NCBI GenBank assembly: GCA_934553285.1
Contig: CAKTFD010000001.1
Coordinates: 33,475 to 97,474 of the forward strand
Source of the DNA: an uncultured Faecalibacterium sp.
Lineage (GTDB): Bacteria; Bacillota; Clostridia; Oscillospirales; Ruminococcaceae
Reading direction: 5' to 3'
Length of the DNA stretch: 64,000 bases
Shown here: in pieces, positions 16,701 to 25,022 of the stretch
How positions within the stretch are numbered: position 1 is the first letter of the stretch
Layout: each line of letters opens with the position of its first letter
Made by a program: the position numbers and the translations under genes
Notes under the pieces: model-generated
What the model was told of the DNA's origin: nothing
Database searches by the model: none
What the model saw: only the letters and a program-made list of their open reading frames with translations

Positions 16701-17233
16701 TAGTAATTCCCTGCGCCAAACAGATCCTGATACCACAGGGCCGTTTCCTTTGCACGCTCAATATCTCCTGCCAGGATGGCCTGTGGGATCTCGCCCGCCA
16801 GACAGGCAGAAAGGCAGATCAGACCCTCGTGGTATTTTTCCAGCAGTTCCTTATCGATGCGGGGCTTGGAGTAAAAGCCCTCTACAAAGCCGGCGGAAAC
16901 CATTTTGATCAGATTCTTGTAGCCGGTCTCGTTTTTGCACAGCAAGATCAGGTGGTTGTTGCCATCGATCTTATTTACTTTATCAAAGCGGGTGCGGGTA
17001 GCCACATAGACCTCGCAGCCGATAATGGGCTTGATGCCTGCCTTTTTGGCTGCCTTATAAAACTGCACACAGCCGTACATGACACCATGATCCGTACAGG
17101 CAATGGCGGTCTGCCCGCACTCCTTTACCCGCTCCATCAGCTGGTCGATACGGCAGGCACCGTCCAGCAGACTGTATTCTGTATGGATATGCAGATGGGC
17201 AAAAGGCCGGGTATTTGCATTGGGTCCGCTCAT
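13724..17233 (-). CDS. dnaE: DNA polymerase III alpha subunit
   Basis: 1169 aa with a PHP domain N-terminus (HLHIHTEYSLLDGA) and a DnaE-type polymerase core. The ATG overlaps the whiA stop (AGGAGG RBS), suggesting translational coupling. Confidence 0.95.
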   Translation of the reverse strand: MSGPNANTRPFAHLHIHTEYSLLDGACRIDQLMERVKECGQTAIACTDHGVMYGCVQFYKAAKKAGIKPIIGCEVYVATRTRFDKVNKIDGNNHLILLCKNETGYKNLIKMVSAGFVEGFYSKPRIDKELLEKYHEGLICLSACLAGEIPQAILAGDIERAKETALWYQDLFGAGNYYIELQDHGLKEDTTVLPQLIKLSHETGIPMAATNDAHYLRREDAKMQSILLCIQTGKTIQDADRMEFQTDEFYVKTTDEMYELFSMVPEACANTAKIAEQCNFDFEFGHTKIPYYKAPDGMENQAYFEKLCWEGLEHRYGPDVPQANIDRLKYEIGVVKTMGYTNYYLIVWDYINFAKSQGIPVGPGRGSGAGSIAAYCVGITDIDPIRYNLIFERFLNPERVSMPDFDVDFCYERRQEVIDYVNRKYGADHVAQIVTFGTMAARNAIRDVGRVMGIPYQQVDVVAKLVPMELKMTLKRALEVSSELKKLYDTDPQVTELIDTALKVEGMPRHASTHAAGVVITPEPADHYLPLSTNDGLPVTQFNMTEIEELGLLKMDFLGLRTLTVIRDAEIAVQKQHPEFSIRNLDYDDPDTYKMLGQGDTEGVFQLESSGMKQVLVGLQPQNLEDVIALISLYRPGPMDSIPTYLHNRHEPDKISYKTPQLAHILDVTNGCIVYQEQVMQIFRELAGFSFGQADNVRRAMSKKKHAVMEAEREHFVHGCADPGHECPGCVANGIPEQVANQIYDEMSSFASYAFNKSHAACYAYVAFQTAYLKCHYPSQFMAALLTSVLDNTDKVIEYSGECARLGIKVLPPDVNISNGGFTADAQGQIRFGLNAVKNVGRNLIENAVAERKSRPYASLYDFCKRMHGSELNRRSVESLIKAGAFDRFGPNRHSMVDAVEGILKSIETDSRRNLDGQLDLFSVMSGGAEESREEDNYEIRPVEEYSHTELLQQEKEVSGLYLSGHPLDAYRERSARIGSHTIKALTGEDAHVQDGEKVRIVCAVVKNRMMTTKSNSMMAFTSVEDLTGTMEVIVFPKVLDRFRDAIRENAVVVIDGRLSVREDEASKLLADSILPIDSYDPSRPENGRPDPVKTASRRVFIRLPSRSCPQYAKVINLLEIFDGDIPVILYLEDTKQKLAAPRRLYTSGHPLFFKELERLVGTENVATK

Positions 17234-18162
17234 GGTTCAGCCTCCTGTCCTTCCTGCTGGCGCTGGCGCAGATTTTCGGCCAGCGACTCCAGCTTTTTCA
17301 TCCGATGTGATAAGCCGGATTTGCTTACTGCCGGGTCAAAACAGCTGCACAGCGCCGTAAGCGAAAGATCCGGGTACTGCAGCCGCTTGGCAGCAGCCTG
17401 CTGCAGTACCTCCGGCAGGGTCTCCAAAGCATGCTGCTGCTGCAAAAAGCGGATGGCTTTCAGGGTCTGGGCGTTTGCCCGCGCCGTTTTGCCCAGGTTT
17501 GCAGTATCGCAGTTGGTCTGCCGGTTGGTCTGGTTGCGCACCTGCTTGAATGCCTTGAGGGTGTTGATCTGTTTTGCCGCTTCTGCTGCGCCCATAAAGC
17601 TGAGCAGCCGCTCCACGTTGGCACCGGTCTTGACATAGATCAGGTTCACACCGTTGCGGCGGGTGCGGTGCGGGGCAAACTCGTGCTCCGCAAGCAGGGC
17701 CTCAAAATCCCGCGCAAGGTTTGTGCGGGCGGTGAGAAATTCCAGATTATACTCCTTCTGCGGGTCGGTTACCGTACCGCTGCACAAAAATGCCATGGCA
17801 ATATAGGCGCTTACGCAGGTCTGGCAGCGGATAAGCCCGGGGTCGATCTGCAGGCTGGTCTCCCTGCCGGTGGTGCCAAACAGCTCATGCAGCCGTGCGA
17901 CCTGTTCCGGGGCGCAGATATTGAACTCGTACAGCACACCGCTGGTACGCGGTTTTTCCAGGATCTCGCCCCGGATGCCGCAGCGCGCAAACAGCTGCTG
18001 TGCCAGCTGCACAGTCTGCTGCTGTTCCGTTTGCAGCACAAGCCCCCGGGCATCAAAGTATTTGGCAAAGCAGGCAATGCCATAGGCTGCCGCGCGCACA
18101 CAGCACTCCTTGGTCAGGCTGCGCTGCGCGATCTGTTCCCGCGCATTGGATGCAAAACTCAT
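17230..18162 (-). CDS. whiA: DNA-binding protein WhiA (sporulation/cell-division regulator)
   Basis: The ATG at 18162 (MSFASNAREQIAQRSLTKECC...) is preceded by GAGGAAATACT. Sequence is a LAGLIDADG-like domain plus a C-terminal HTH typical of WhiA. The ORF-track N-terminal extension lacks an RBS. Confidence 0.85.
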   Translation of the reverse strand: MSFASNAREQIAQRSLTKECCVRAAAYGIACFAKYFDARGLVLQTEQQQTVQLAQQLFARCGIRGEILEKPRTSGVLYEFNICAPEQVARLHELFGTTGRETSLQIDPGLIRCQTCVSAYIAMAFLCSGTVTDPQKEYNLEFLTARTNLARDFEALLAEHEFAPHRTRRNGVNLIYVKTGANVERLLSFMGAAEAAKQINTLKAFKQVRNQTNRQTNCDTANLGKTARANAQTLKAIRFLQQQHALETLPEVLQQAAAKRLQYPDLSLTALCSCFDPAVSKSGLSHRMKKLESLAENLRQRQQEGQEAEP

Positions 18163-18178
18163 AGTATTTCCTCGATTT

Positions 18179-19042
18179 TCAGCGCACGGCATCCCGGTGC
18201 AGCACCCCCGGCTCGTATCCAAGGGAGGTGCAGTATTCCGCGATCTTGCGTGCAAACGTAATAGAGCGGTGTTTGCCGCCCGTGCAGCCCACCGCAATGG
18301 TCAGCTGACTTTTGCCTTCCTTAACATAAAGCGGCAGGGCATATTGCAAAAAGTTTTCATAGCGGCGCAGCAGCTCCGGTGCTTCGGGGTGGCTCATGAC
18401 AAAATCCACCACTTCCTGGTCCAGCCCGGTCTTATGTTTCAGCTCCGGCACATAAAAGGGGTTGGGCAGGCAGCGCACATCCAGCACAAGGTCTGCTTCC
18501 GGCGGCAGACCGAACTTGAATCCGAAGGACAGGATGGTCAGCCGCATGGCATTTTTTGCCCCGCCGTTTTTTACAAACAGGTCGCAGATACGCTCCTTGT
18601 TCTGGGCGGTGGAAAGCAGCCCGGTGTCGATGGTATAGTCCGCACGGTCTTTCAGCGGCTGCAGGATCTGCCGTTCCTTTAAAAAGGCATCCCGGGTGGA
18701 GATGCCCTCGGCAATGCTGATGGGATGGCGGCGGCGGGTCTCGCTGTAGCGGCGCATCAGCACATCATCCGGTGCATCCAGAAACAGGATCTTGTACGGC
18801 GTTTTCTGGTCGTCCAGCTGCTGCAGGGCAGCTTCGATCTCTTCCCTGCTGCGGCAGCCGCGTACATCCATAGAAAGCGCAACCCGCTCAAGCTGGTTAT
18901 CGCCCGCTTTGGAAAACGCCGTGATGCTGGGCAGCAGCACCGCCGGGACATTATCGATGCAGAAAAAGCCGATATCTTCCAGCGCATTCATAGCCACGGA
19001 CTTTCCCGCGCCGGAAAGCCCGCTGACGATCAACAGTTCCAT
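18179..19042 (-). CDS. rapZ: RNase adapter protein RapZ (YvcJ family P-loop ATPase)
   Basis: Begins MELLIVSGLSGAGKSVAMNALED with a Walker A motif. 287 aa, YvcJ family. Confidence 0.9.
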   Translation of the reverse strand: MELLIVSGLSGAGKSVAMNALEDIGFFCIDNVPAVLLPSITAFSKAGDNQLERVALSMDVRGCRSREEIEAALQQLDDQKTPYKILFLDAPDDVLMRRYSETRRRHPISIAEGISTRDAFLKERQILQPLKDRADYTIDTGLLSTAQNKERICDLFVKNGGAKNAMRLTILSFGFKFGLPPEADLVLDVRCLPNPFYVPELKHKTGLDQEVVDFVMSHPEAPELLRRYENFLQYALPLYVKEGKSQLTIAVGCTGGKHRSITFARKIAEYCTSLGYEPGVLHRDAVR

Positions 19043-19075
19043 GGTGTGTTCTCCTGCTCCTTCTGTTCCCGCGCC

Positions 19076-19972
19076 TTAACGGACGACGCGGATCTCTTTT
19101 TCCAGGTCATAGCCGGTCTTTTCCTTCACGATGGCACGCACCTGCTCGCACAATGCCAGCACATCTGCACAGCTTGCGCCCCCAAGGTTTACCACAAAGC
19201 CGCAGTGCTTATCGCTGATGGCTGCGCCGCCATGCCGATAGCCCCGCAGGCCGCACTGGTCGATCAGGGCAGCGGCAAAGGCTCCTGCCGGGCGCTTGAA
19301 GGTACTGCCCGCGCTGGGCTTATCCAGCGGCTGCTTATCCAGCCGCTTTGCCATCAGCTCCTCCATCCTTGCGCGGATGGCATCCGGTTCGCCCGGGGTC
19401 AGTGTAAACTGTGCTGAGAGGATGCAGCCGCCGTTCTCCTCAAAAATGCTGTGGCGGTAGCGCAGATCCAGCGCCGATGCGGCGGCTTGCTGCACTTCGC
19501 CCGCAGCAGTCAGGTACTGCACGGTGGTCAGCACATCCTTCATCTCGCCGCCGTAGGCGCCTGCGTTCATGTAGACCGCGCCGCCCACTGTGCCGGGGAT
19601 GCCGTAGGCAAATTCCAGCCCGGTCAGGCCGTGCGCCAGCGCTGTTTTACACAGCGCCGAGAGCCGTACTCCTGCCCCGGCGGTCAGCACCGTACCGCAC
19701 ACTTCCACGGTATCCTGCATGGCCGAAATATCCAGCACGGCTCCATCATAGCCTTCGTCGGCAAACAGGATATTGCTGCCGTTGCCCAGCAGATAGTATC
19801 GGGTATTCTGCGCTTTGCACAGCGCGATGGCGCGGCAAAGCTGCGCCCGGTCTGCCGGCTGCACAAACAACCGGGCCGGGCCGCCGATCTTAAACGTGCA
19901 GTGGGCTGCCAGCGGCTCGTTTTCCTTAAAAGCGATGCCTGCCTCGGCCAGCTGCTGCTTGAGTTGTTCCAT
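19076..19972 (-). CDS. murB: UDP-N-acetylenolpyruvoylglucosamine reductase
   Basis: 298 aa with an FAD-binding PCMH domain (GGPARLFV...LGNGSNIL) and a MurB C-terminal domain. Confidence 0.9.
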   Translation of the reverse strand: MEQLKQQLAEAGIAFKENEPLAAHCTFKIGGPARLFVQPADRAQLCRAIALCKAQNTRYYLLGNGSNILFADEGYDGAVLDISAMQDTVEVCGTVLTAGAGVRLSALCKTALAHGLTGLEFAYGIPGTVGGAVYMNAGAYGGEMKDVLTTVQYLTAAGEVQQAAASALDLRYRHSIFEENGGCILSAQFTLTPGEPDAIRARMEELMAKRLDKQPLDKPSAGSTFKRPAGAFAAALIDQCGLRGYRHGGAAISDKHCGFVVNLGGASCADVLALCEQVRAIVKEKTGYDLEKEIRVVR

Positions 19973-20000
19973 AGGGTCGATCTCCTTTTTATAGAGAGGT

Positions 20001-20936
20001 TCAGTCCATCTTGTCGTCCAGCCCCAGCCGGATCAGCAGCTCCTTGGCTGCATTGTAGCCCATCTTCTTCTGGCGGTTATTGATGGCTGCAGTTTCCAGC
20101 ACAACGGCCAGGTTGCGCCCGGGAGAGACCGGGATGCTGGTGCTGGGGATGCTGACGCCAAGGATATCATAATACTCGCTTTCCAGCCCTGTGCGCTGGT
20201 AGTTTTTGGTGGGGTCCCAGGCTTCCAGCTGCACCACCAGATCCAGGCTCTCGCTCAGCTTGACCGCACCCACGCCGTACACGCGGGCTACGTTGACGAT
20301 ACCGATGCCTCGCAGCTCGATAAAATGGCGGATATTCTCCGGCGCAGTACCCATGATCTGCCGGTTGGACACCTTGCGCAGCTCCACAGCATCATCTGCC
20401 ACCAGACGATGGCCGCGCTTGACCAGCTCGATAGCCAGCTCGCTTTTACCGATACCGCTGTCGCCCAGGATCAGGATGCCCTCGCCGTACACTTCCACCA
20501 GCACACCGTGCCGGGTGATGCGGGGAGCCAGCTCCAGGTTGAGCACACTGATCAGGCTGCCCATCAGGGTGCAGGTGGTCTCGTTGGAGCGCAGCAGCGC
20601 TACAGCGTGCTTCTGCGCCAGTTCCTGCATCTCCGGGAAGGGGGACAGCTCCTCGCTGCGGCAGACGATGACCGCCGGGGGCTGCTGCCGGAACAGCTGT
20701 TCCAGCGCCTCGTAACGTTTTTCTGGCGATAGGCAGGACAAAAAGTTCATCTCTGCCAGGCCCATGATCTGCAGGCGGAGTTTATCAAAGTAATCGTAGT
20801 AACCGGCCAGAAACAGACCCGGGCGGTTGACCTCGGCGATCTCTACGCTGATCTGGTCCAGATCCTGCGGGGTGTACACCACTTCCATGCTGACGCGCTC
20901 AGTCAGCGTTTTAAGCGAAACATTGAACGTACCCAT
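20001..20936 (-). CDS. hprK: HPr kinase/phosphorylase
   Basis: The ATG at 20936 (MGTFNVSLKTL...) is preceded by AGGAGGAACAAGG. Walker A is GDSGIGKSELAIEL, with the HprK signature. The ORF-track 5' extension is not supported. Confidence 0.9.
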   Translation of the reverse strand: MGTFNVSLKTLTERVSMEVVYTPQDLDQISVEIAEVNRPGLFLAGYYDYFDKLRLQIMGLAEMNFLSCLSPEKRYEALEQLFRQQPPAVIVCRSEELSPFPEMQELAQKHAVALLRSNETTCTLMGSLISVLNLELAPRITRHGVLVEVYGEGILILGDSGIGKSELAIELVKRGHRLVADDAVELRKVSNRQIMGTAPENIRHFIELRGIGIVNVARVYGVGAVKLSESLDLVVQLEAWDPTKNYQRTGLESEYYDILGVSIPSTSIPVSPGRNLAVVLETAAINNRQKKMGYNAAKELLIRLGLDDKMD

Positions 20937-21084
20937 CCTTGTTCCTCCTGTATCCTTTTGCCGCATTTTGCTGCGGGCGCTCATACACCTATTATAATAA
21001 ACTTTAGCCGCAAATACAACGCCCGGGAGGGTCTTTTTGCACACCCGGCGGGAAACCAACGCTGCATCGCAGCCCGTGCACAGG

Positions 21085-21145
21085 ATTTTTACATTTTTCT
21101 TACTTTACAAGGGTTTTACATTCCGCCGATTTCAGATTTTACATT
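21085..21145 (+). promoter_or_regulatory. TTTACA direct repeats (Pho-box-like) plus a -10 TATACT upstream of the Na/Pi cotransporter operon
   Basis: TTTACA hexamers at about 21088, 21104, 21115 and 21138. The copies at 21104 and 21115 are 11 bp apart and the 21138 copy is roughly two 11-bp turns further on. They are followed by TATACT at 21153. This resembles the B. subtilis PhoP box TT(A/T/C)ACA with 11-bp periodicity, which replaces a -35 element. Confidence 0.4.
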
Positions 21146-21204
21146 GCATCTTTATACTAAAATACAGAAGAAACCCATGTCAAGATAAAGTGAGGAAAAC
21201 ACTT

Positions 21205-22986
21205 ATGACTATTTTTAATGTATTTTCGCTGCTGGGAGGCCTGGCTTTGTTTTTGTTCGGTATGGACATCATGGGCAAGGCACTGGAAAAGCAGGCCGGC
21301 GGCCAGCTGCAGAAGATCCTGAGCAAACTGACCGATAACCCCCTCAAGGGCTTTTTTCTGGGCCTGTGCGTGACCGCTGTGATCCAAAGCTCCAGTGCTA
21401 CCACTGTTATGGTGGTGGGCTTTGTCAACAGCGGCATCATGGAGCTGCATCAGGCCATTGGCGTGATCATGGGCAGCAACGTGGGCACCACCGTTACCAG
21501 CTGGATCCTGAGCCTTTCCGGCCTGCAGGGCGACAGCCTGTTCATCCAGCTGCTCAAGCCCACTTCTTTCAGTCCGGTGCTTGCATTTATCGGCATTTTG
21601 CTGTATATGTGTAAGAGTGAGAAGAAAAAAGGCATCGGCACCATCCTGATCGGTTTTGCCGTGCTGATGACCGGTATGACTACCATGTCCAATGCGGTGC
21701 TGCCGCTGCAGGACGAGGTCTGGTTCACCAGCCTGTTCACCCGCTTCTCCAACCCCCTGCTGGGTGTGCTGGTGGGTGCAGTGGTCACCGGCATCATCCA
21801 AAGCTCCAGCGCCAGTGTGGGCATCCTGCAGGCGCTCAGCGCTACCGGTGTCATCACCTACGGCAGTGCTATCCCCATCATCATGGGCCAGAACATCGGC
21901 ACCTGTGTGACCGCACTGCTGTCCTCGGTGGGTGCAAACAAGAATGCCCGCCGTGCGGCCATGGTACATCTGTACTTCAACATCATCGGCGTGACCCTTT
22001 TCCTGTTCGGCTTCTATGGGCTGAACGCCGTTTGCCACTTTGCCTTTGTGGATACCACCATTGAGGCCTGGGGCATTGCGGTGGTGCACTCGATATTCAA
22101 TATCCTTGCCACTGTCATTCTGCTGCCCTTTGCTACCGGGCTGGAAAAGCTGGCCATCCTGACCATCCCGGATTCCCCGGAAAAAGAGGAGTTCGCCCTG
22201 CTGGACGATCGTCTGCTCAATACCCCGGCCATGGCCGTGGAGCGCGCCCGTGCCGCAACGGCTGAAATGGCCGAGCTTGCCCGGGTGGGCGTGGTGCAGG
22301 CCATGAGCCTGACCCACGAATGGAACGATGAACTTGCCCAGAAGGTGCAGGACGAGGAAAAGAAGGTAGACCGGTACGAGGATGCCCTGGGCACCTATCT
22401 TGTCAAGCTGTCCAGCCGGGAGCTGAACCATGCCGACAGCCAGAGCGTGAACACCCTGCTACACACCATCAGCGATTTTGAGCGCATCAGCGACCATTCG
22501 GTCAACCTGCTGGAATCCGCAGAGGAGATGCACCAGAAAGACGTTCACTTTTCCAAAGATGCGCAGGAAGAGCTGCAGATCCTGGAAGATGCCGTGCAGG
22601 ATACGCTGAACCGCACCACCGATGCCTTCCGCAAGGGAGACCTGCATCTTGCTGCCAAGGTGGAGCCGCTGGAAGCTGTTGTCAACGAGCTGGTGCGCGC
22701 CATCAAAGCCCGGCATATCGCCCGCCTGCAGGCAGGCAGCTGCTCCATCGAGTACGGCTTTGTGCTGGACGACCTGCTGACCAATTATGAGCGCGTATGC
22801 GATCACTGCAGCAACGTGGCTGTTGCGCAGATCGAAGTAGCGCAGGACAGCTTTGATACCCACGCCTACCTGAACGACCTGCGCCACGGCAATGATACCA
22901 AGGAAAGCGAAGAATTCCACCGCCGTCTGGAGCGCTACCGCGAGCGGTATCTGTTCCCGGACGGACGACCCGCTGAGGAGGATTGA
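21205..22986 (+). CDS. Na/Pi cotransporter family protein with C-terminal PhoU-like domain
   Basis: The ATG at 21205 (MTIFNVFSLLGGLALFLFGMDIMG...) is preceded by GTGAGGAAAAC. It has two Na_Pi_cotrans repeats (QSSSATT / QSSSASV) and a C-terminal PhoU-like helical region. The ORF-track 5' extension runs through the promoter. Confidence 0.85.
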   Translation: MTIFNVFSLLGGLALFLFGMDIMGKALEKQAGGQLQKILSKLTDNPLKGFFLGLCVTAVIQSSSATTVMVVGFVNSGIMELHQAIGVIMGSNVGTTVTSWILSLSGLQGDSLFIQLLKPTSFSPVLAFIGILLYMCKSEKKKGIGTILIGFAVLMTGMTTMSNAVLPLQDEVWFTSLFTRFSNPLLGVLVGAVVTGIIQSSSASVGILQALSATGVITYGSAIPIIMGQNIGTCVTALLSSVGANKNARRAAMVHLYFNIIGVTLFLFGFYGLNAVCHFAFVDTTIEAWGIAVVHSIFNILATVILLPFATGLEKLAILTIPDSPEKEEFALLDDRLLNTPAMAVERARAATAEMAELARVGVVQAMSLTHEWNDELAQKVQDEEKKVDRYEDALGTYLVKLSSRELNHADSQSVNTLLHTISDFERISDHSVNLLESAEEMHQKDVHFSKDAQEELQILEDAVQDTLNRTTDAFRKGDLHLAAKVEPLEAVVNELVRAIKARHIARLQAGSCSIEYGFVLDDLLTNYERVCDHCSNVAVAQIEVAQDSFDTHAYLNDLRHGNDTKESEEFHRRLERYRERYLFPDGRPAEED

Positions 22987-22989
22987 GTT

Positions 22990-23676
22990 ATGATCTATAT
23001 CGTAGAGGACGATGCTTCTATCCGTGAGCTGGAACAGTATGCATTGCAGTCCAACGGTTACGAAGTACAGGGGTTTGAAAGTGCCGAGCCGTTCTGGCAG
23101 GCCATGCGCACCACCGAGCCGGAGCTGGTGATCCTGGATGTGATGCTGCCCGGCGAGGATGGATTTTCCATCCTGAAAAAGCTGCGCAACACCCCTTCCC
23201 TGCGCAGACTGCCCATCATCATGGTCACGGCAAAATCCAGTGAGCTGGATACGGTGCGCGGGCTGGACTGCGGCGCAGACGACTACATTGCAAAACCCTT
23301 TGGCATCATGGAGTTTCTCAGCCGGGTGCGGGTGGCGCTGCGGCGTGCGACCCCGGAGGCAAAACCGGATGTGCTGCTGTTCCACGAGATCCAGCTGGAC
23401 AACGCCCGCCACAGCGTTACGGTGAACAGCACCCCTGTGGAGCTGACCTACAAGGAATACTGCCTGCTGCGGCTGCTGCTGGAAAACACCGATCTTGTGG
23501 TGACCCGCGAGACCATTTTGCAGGTGGTGTGGGGCACCGATATCTCGGTGGAGAGCCGTACCGTGGATATGCACATCCGCACCCTGCGCAAAAAGCTGGG
23601 CGACGCGGGGCGTTACATCTGCACCGTGCGCAAGGTGGGCTATAAGCTGACCGATGAGGAGGCCGAAGAAGAATGA
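22990..23676 (+). CDS. OmpR-family response regulator (PhoP/PhoB-like)
   Basis: A receiver domain (IVEDDASIRE...LDVMLPGEDG) plus a winged-helix trans_reg_C domain. It overlaps the kinase start. Confidence 0.9.
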   Translation: MIYIVEDDASIRELEQYALQSNGYEVQGFESAEPFWQAMRTTEPELVILDVMLPGEDGFSILKKLRNTPSLRRLPIIMVTAKSSELDTVRGLDCGADDYIAKPFGIMEFLSRVRVALRRATPEAKPDVLLFHEIQLDNARHSVTVNSTPVELTYKEYCLLRLLLENTDLVVTRETILQVVWGTDISVESRTVDMHIRTLRKKLGDAGRYICTVRKVGYKLTDEEAEEE

Positions 23677-25022
23677 AGCTGCGCAGCATGGAAGAAAAGA
23701 TCAGCTACCGGTTGTTCCTGATGGGCTTTCTGGGGCTTATATTCACCGCAGCGCTGTGCATTTTTGTATTCCATAAAGCCTTTACGGCCCAGGCCTGGGC
23801 AGGGCTGGAGCGGGAGACCGACCTTGTGCGTGCCGGGTACGAACAGAGCTGCGACCCGGCACAGCTGAGCGCTTTTGTGACCGACGACCTGCGTGTGACC
23901 CTGATCAGCCAGGATGGCAGTGTTCTGTTTGAATCTGCCACCGATCAGCCGATGGAGAACCATCTCACCCGCCCGGAGATCCGCAAGGCCATTGCGGACG
24001 GCGAGGGACGGGACATCCGCGATTCCCAGACGATGGGATACGAGACTTATTACTACGCTGTCCAGCTGTCCGGCGGGGATGTGCTGCGCGTAGCGCAGGA
24101 CGCTGAAACGGTGTGGTCCATCTACGATTCCACCATCCCGGCCATCGTGCTGAGCTGCGTAGCCCTGATGCTGGCTGCTGCGGTTCTGGCCGCCCTGCTG
24201 ACAAAAGCACTGGTGCAGCCGGTGCTGAATATGACCGAGGATCTGGACCACATCCAGGAGAATGTGCCCTACCGGGAGCTGATTCCCTTTGCGGAGAGCA
24301 TCCACTCGGATCGTATCCTGCGGGAGAACAATGAAAAGATGCGGCAGGAGTTTACTGCCAATGTCAGCCACGAGTTAAAGACCCCGCTGACCAGCATCTC
24401 CGGCTATGCGGAGCTTATCGAGACCGGCATCGCCAAACCCGAGGATGTGCCGGATTTTGGCCGCAAGATCCACAGCGAGGCTACCCGTATGATCCAGCTG
24501 GTGAACGATATCCTGCAGCTTTCCAAGCTGGATACCGTAAGCGAGACCGGCGATGCCCCCGTTATGGAAACAGTGGATCTTTTGGAGGTTGCCAAAGAGT
24601 GCGTGGAGCGCCAGAAGCTGAACGCCCGCCGCGCCTATATTTCCCTGAACTATCTTGGCGAGAGCGCCCCGGTACTGGGAAGCCGCGCTCTGCTGGATGA
24701 ACTGTGCCAGAACCTGTGCGACAACGCCATCCGCTACAACCGCCCGGGCGGCAAGGTACAGATCATTACCGCCTGCAGCCGGGATGGGCATTGCACCCTG
24801 ACCGTGACCGACAACGGCATCGGCATCCCGCGGGAGGCGCAGGCCAGCGTGTTTGAGCGCTTTTATCGGGTAGATAAGAGCCGTAGCAAAGCGACCGGCG
24901 GCACCGGGCTGGGGCTTGCCATCGTCAAGCACATTGCTCGCATCCACAATGCCCGCATCAAACTGGAAAGCCAGGTGGATGTTGGCACCACCATTACCGT
25001 CACCTTCCCCACAGCTGCCTAA
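23673..25022 (+). CDS. sensor histidine kinase (PhoR-like)
   Basis: N-terminal transmembrane helix, an H-box (ANVSHELKTPLTSISGY), and an HATPase_c domain with the GGTGLGLAIVKHIA G-box. Confidence 0.9.
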   Translation: MKLRSMEEKISYRLFLMGFLGLIFTAALCIFVFHKAFTAQAWAGLERETDLVRAGYEQSCDPAQLSAFVTDDLRVTLISQDGSVLFESATDQPMENHLTRPEIRKAIADGEGRDIRDSQTMGYETYYYAVQLSGGDVLRVAQDAETVWSIYDSTIPAIVLSCVALMLAAAVLAALLTKALVQPVLNMTEDLDHIQENVPYRELIPFAESIHSDRILRENNEKMRQEFTANVSHELKTPLTSISGYAELIETGIAKPEDVPDFGRKIHSEATRMIQLVNDILQLSKLDTVSETGDAPVMETVDLLEVAKECVERQKLNARRAYISLNYLGESAPVLGSRALLDELCQNLCDNAIRYNRPGGKVQIITACSRDGHCTLTVTDNGIGIPREAQASVFERFYRVDKSRSKATGGTGLGLAIVKHIARIHNARIKLESQVDVGTTITVTFPTAA

